Origin: an uncultured Bacilli bacterium
GTDB lineage: Bacteria; Bacillota_I; Bacilli_A; RF39; UBA660
Direction: 5' to 3'
Assembly: GCA_944358775.1 (NCBI GenBank)
Contig: CALVRU010000002.1
Coordinates: 7,138 to 71,137 of the forward strand
DNA: 64,000 nucleotides
Below are positions 61,539-64,000 of the stretch, in pieces. Position numbers and translations under genes: made by a program. Position 1 is the stretch's first letter. Every line of letters begins with the position of its first letter. The notes under the pieces are model-generated. The model saw nothing but the letters and a program-made list of their open reading frames with translations, had not been told where the DNA came from and ran no database searches.

Positions 61539-61871
61539 ATGAATTTAGAATTGTTGGCACAAATATTAGCGGTCGCAGTAGCCAGTGGTATCATTTGTAC
61601 CCAAGCGACCCAGTTTATAAAAGAACTGGGGTTAATGAATAAATGCATTTTCCGAGTTGCTTCAATCATATTTTCTTTTGGAATGGGATATTGCTTTGCA
61701 TATAGTTTTACAAATTTAACAATAGAATACCGTCTTTGGATAGCAGTCTTGTCTATTATTGGTGCAGAAGCGATCTACAAATCATTTGAAGGAAAATTTG
61801 GATTAAAGCCACTTTCTGAAATTGCCATTATTGAAAAAAATAAAATCGAAGAAAATGAAATTCCTAGATAA
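61539..61871 (+). CDS. putative holin
   Basis: It is about 110 aa with two TM helices (LAQILAVAVASGIICT, VASIIFSFGMGYCFAY) and a charged C-terminus, and lies directly upstream of the lysin gene. The start is the ATG at 61539 inside a longer ORF. Confidence 0.5.
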   Translation: MNLELLAQILAVAVASGIICTQATQFIKELGLMNKCIFRVASIIFSFGMGYCFAYSFTNLTIEYRLWIAVLSIIGAEAIYKSFEGKFGLKPLSEIAIIEKNKIEENEIPR

Positions 61872-61898
61872 ATATTTTAATAGAAAATAATAAAATAA

Positions 61899-62957
61899 AT
61901 GAAACAAATTCTAATTGAAGGAAATAGAGAAAGCGAGTACGATAAAATGGAATATTTTACGTTTCCAATGGAAACAATGAATGTAACACAGACTTATCTC
62001 GGTAAAACCTCACATTATCCACATACAACAGGGACTCCAAAAGATTATCCAATTGATTGCGCAGGAATTGATTCTGGGCAATCTGCCATCTTTGCGCCGG
62101 TCGACATGAAGGTAACAGCCAAGCGAGGAATTGGACAATCGAATGTTACCAATACAGTTTGGCTGGTCTCTCAAAACAAAGTAAGTACACCTTCAGGAGG
62201 CTTTCAGGTGTTTATGACATTGACTCACTGGAATGATTCTGATCCATTTATGAAAAAGTGGAATGTTGGATCGGTTATTCCTAAAGGTGAGATCATTTGT
62301 GGAGAAGGAACAGATGGTGCTACTGCTAATCACATTCATTTGGTGGTAGGAGTGGGTTATAGTGATAATTGGACTAAGTCTTCTACTGGCAAATGGATTA
62401 TAATCGGGGATACGAGAAAGCCGGAAGAAATAATGTATATTAATCCTAGTTTTACGAATGTGATAAAAAACAATGGTGGACTTTCTTGGAAAGAGATCCC
62501 TAAAAAAATTGGAAACCCAGTATCTCGCGACGAAACAAGAGATCAGTTACAAGTTAATGTAGATAATGCATATGCACGTGATTCGGCTGCCGGTAATATT
62601 TTAGGTTATATCAACCCGGGTATTTACAATTCATGGGAAGTGATTGCGAAAGATGGTTATGAATGGCATAGAGTAGAAGAAAATATTTGGATTGCCAACG
62701 GCTCCTGGTGTACATGGTTACCAAAAAAAGAAAAGGAAGATCCACAAGTAATAGCAGATTTGCAAGATGAAATTGCAGAAAAAGAAAAAGAGATAGAGGA
62801 ACTTAAGAAAATCGTTACGGAACGTGATTTAGAGATTGAAAACTTACAATGGAGGCAAGAACAAAACGGTTTCAAAAAGTTCATTGCCTCCAAAAATGCC
62901 AAATATTATATCTACTTGTATAAAAACGAAATACTGAATTACGAGATAAAGGGTTAG
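61899..62957 (+). CDS. putative endolysin: M23-family peptidase domain plus an SH3b-like domain and a C-terminal coiled coil
   Basis: GEGTDGATANHIHLVVG resembles the M23 HxH motif region (G.SG.STG.HLHF). WEVIAKDGYEWHRVEE...WIANGSW is SH3b-like. It is the last gene before a terminator. Confidence 0.5.
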   Translation: MKQILIEGNRESEYDKMEYFTFPMETMNVTQTYLGKTSHYPHTTGTPKDYPIDCAGIDSGQSAIFAPVDMKVTAKRGIGQSNVTNTVWLVSQNKVSTPSGGFQVFMTLTHWNDSDPFMKKWNVGSVIPKGEIICGEGTDGATANHIHLVVGVGYSDNWTKSSTGKWIIIGDTRKPEEIMYINPSFTNVIKNNGGLSWKEIPKKIGNPVSRDETRDQLQVNVDNAYARDSAAGNILGYINPGIYNSWEVIAKDGYEWHRVEENIWIANGSWCTWLPKKEKEDPQVIADLQDEIAEKEKEIEELKKIVTERDLEIENLQWRQEQNGFKKFIASKNAKYYIYLYKNEILNYEIKG

Positions 62958-62984
62958 TCTGTAAGATTAACCCTTTATTTTATT
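62951..62984 (+). terminator. Rho-independent terminator closing the tail-module operon
   Basis: Hairpin GGGTTA-gtctgtaaga-TTAACCC followed by TTTATTTTATT. Confidence 0.55.
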
Positions 62985-63009
62985 ATGGAAAACATCAGTT
63001 TTCCATTTA

Positions 63010-63715
63010 AAACCACCTGCTGTGCAGGTGAGAAATCTAAAAAGCGAAAGCGTTAGGTAAAAACATAATAACCTCCTTCTGCTATAATGAAAGATGTTCC
63101 GTCAATCACTTAGTAAAAGGAGGTTATTATGTTTCATAAACTAAAATCAAATATAGATGAGAGCCAATTATCTCATACCAAATAGGATTGCCAATATCAT
63201 ATTGTTTTCATTCCTAAATATAGAAGAAAGGCAATATATGGAAAACTTCGAAGAGATATTGGTGTAATTCTCAGACGTCTATGCGAATATAAGGGCGTTG
63301 AGATAGTGGAGGCCAATGCCTGTATTGATCATATACATATGTTGGTTAAGATTCCACCCAAAGTTAGTGTATCACAATTTATGGGATATTTGAAAGGTAA
63401 AAGTTGTTTGATGATTTTTGAAAATCAGGCGAATCTAAAATACAAATATGGGCAGAGAAGTTTTTGGGCAAGAGGATATTATGTTAGTACAGTAGGACTA
63501 AATAAAAATACAATTAAGAAATATATAAGAGAACAAGAAACAGAGGATATGCTTCTGGATAAAAGAAGCGTGAAAGAATATAACGATCCTTTTCAAGGGT
63601 AAGTTAGAGTGACAAAGGCGATTGGCGGAACAAAAAAGCTCCCAAATGGGAGTTGCCAGTAACATCACCTTACAGGTGTTTACGAAAAACCACTAGTTGA
63701 ACTAGTGGTTTTTTA
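63010..63715 (+). mobile_element. IS200/IS605-family insertion sequence (tnpA-only, IS200 group)
   Basis: It carries a Y1 transposase gene flanked by subterminal palindromes: CACCTGCtgtGCAGGTG at 63014-63030, and CACCTtacAGGTG at 63666-63678. The terminal hairpin is AAAAACCACTAGT-tga-ACTAGTGGTTTTTT at 63684-63713. Confidence 0.6.
63129..63602 (+). pseudogene. tnpA: IS200/IS605 family transposase TnpA (HUH/Y1) with an in-frame amber codon at the conserved Trp position (codon 19)
   Basis: One frame reads MFHKLKSNIDESQLSHTK-TAG-DCQYHIVFIPKYRRK...IDHIHMLVKIPPKVSVSQFMGYLKG...FWARGYYVSTVG. The HxH motif and the catalytic Tyr region are intact. The TAG at 63183-63185 replaces the TGG (Trp) of the conserved W-x-C-KYH motif. 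A strong AAGGAGG RBS is present. Confidence 0.7.
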
Positions 63716-64000
63716 TTGTGAAAAGGTAAATCATTCATAATAAAATTACTTTATTACTTTCTGTATCATCAAAAAATACTAAACAGGATTACTAATATTA
63801 TTATGTTTACTAAGATTCAACTTAAATTTAGAGGATCCTAGGTCGTAGCAAAAACGATTAAGCAGAAAGCGATAAAGAGAAAAAATGAAATAGATTATGA
63901 ATAACAGAAAAAATCTTTTTTTTAATTCATATGATAATCTTTTTCTTGATCCTAACAACTGTTAAATTCTTTAGTTTCATTGTTGCTTTCTTACGATCTT

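Noticed and set aside
48378-62990. A complete inducible prophage.
   Set aside because: No integrase, replication, terminase, portal, protease or capsid ORFs are found in any frame. Only about 1.2 kb separates the tRNA from the major tail gene, so a tail-only element is favoured.

Overview
The window is low-GC (about 30-35% G+C) and looks like a Bacillota (Firmicutes) chromosome. It is coding-dense, mostly on the + strand, and falls into four blocks.

(1) 1-10.6 kb is housekeeping: the 3' part of pcrA, an NTP-transferase gene, a truncated Rpn-family nuclease remnant, ligA, thyA-folA and gatCAB.

(2) 10.6-28.5 kb is a cell-envelope region. It holds a membrane GGDEF protein with a degenerate active site, a YihY/BrkB protein, two LtaS-family (sulfatase-fold) paralogs, an LCP protein with PASTA repeats, a GH73 glucosaminidase autolysin and a kinase-less multi-PASTA membrane protein. 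It also holds a glycine-rich surface protein with a discoidin domain, whose promoter carries a G10 homopolymer in the -35/-10 spacer; this is a candidate phase-variation switch.

(3) 28.6-48.3 kb is a wall-glycopolymer locus built around an ABC exporter. It contains an O-antigen-ligase-like protein, a YvcK-like protein, rmlA, several GT2/GT4 glycosyltransferases including two bifunctional ones that share a duplicated GT2 domain, an Alg14-like protein followed by an Alg13-like::GtrA fusion, and an acyltransferase-3 protein. An IS110-family element is inserted in the middle.

(4) 48.9-63.0 kb is the most striking block, a phage-derived tail-only module. It has an ImmA/XRE repressor pair, a Cro-like regulator and operator/promoter, a putative late regulator, an internal tRNA, a major tail protein, chaperones, a tape measure, tail tip/fibre proteins including two paralogous collar-domain proteins, and a holin plus an M23 lysin. 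No integrase, replication, terminase, portal or capsid genes are present, so this fits an F-type (siphovirus-like) tailocin rather than a prophage.

The window ends with an IS200-family element (63.0-63.7 kb) whose tnpA carries an in-frame amber codon at a conserved Trp position and whose RBS is sequestered in a perfect 18-bp hairpin. No CRISPR array or rRNA gene is present.
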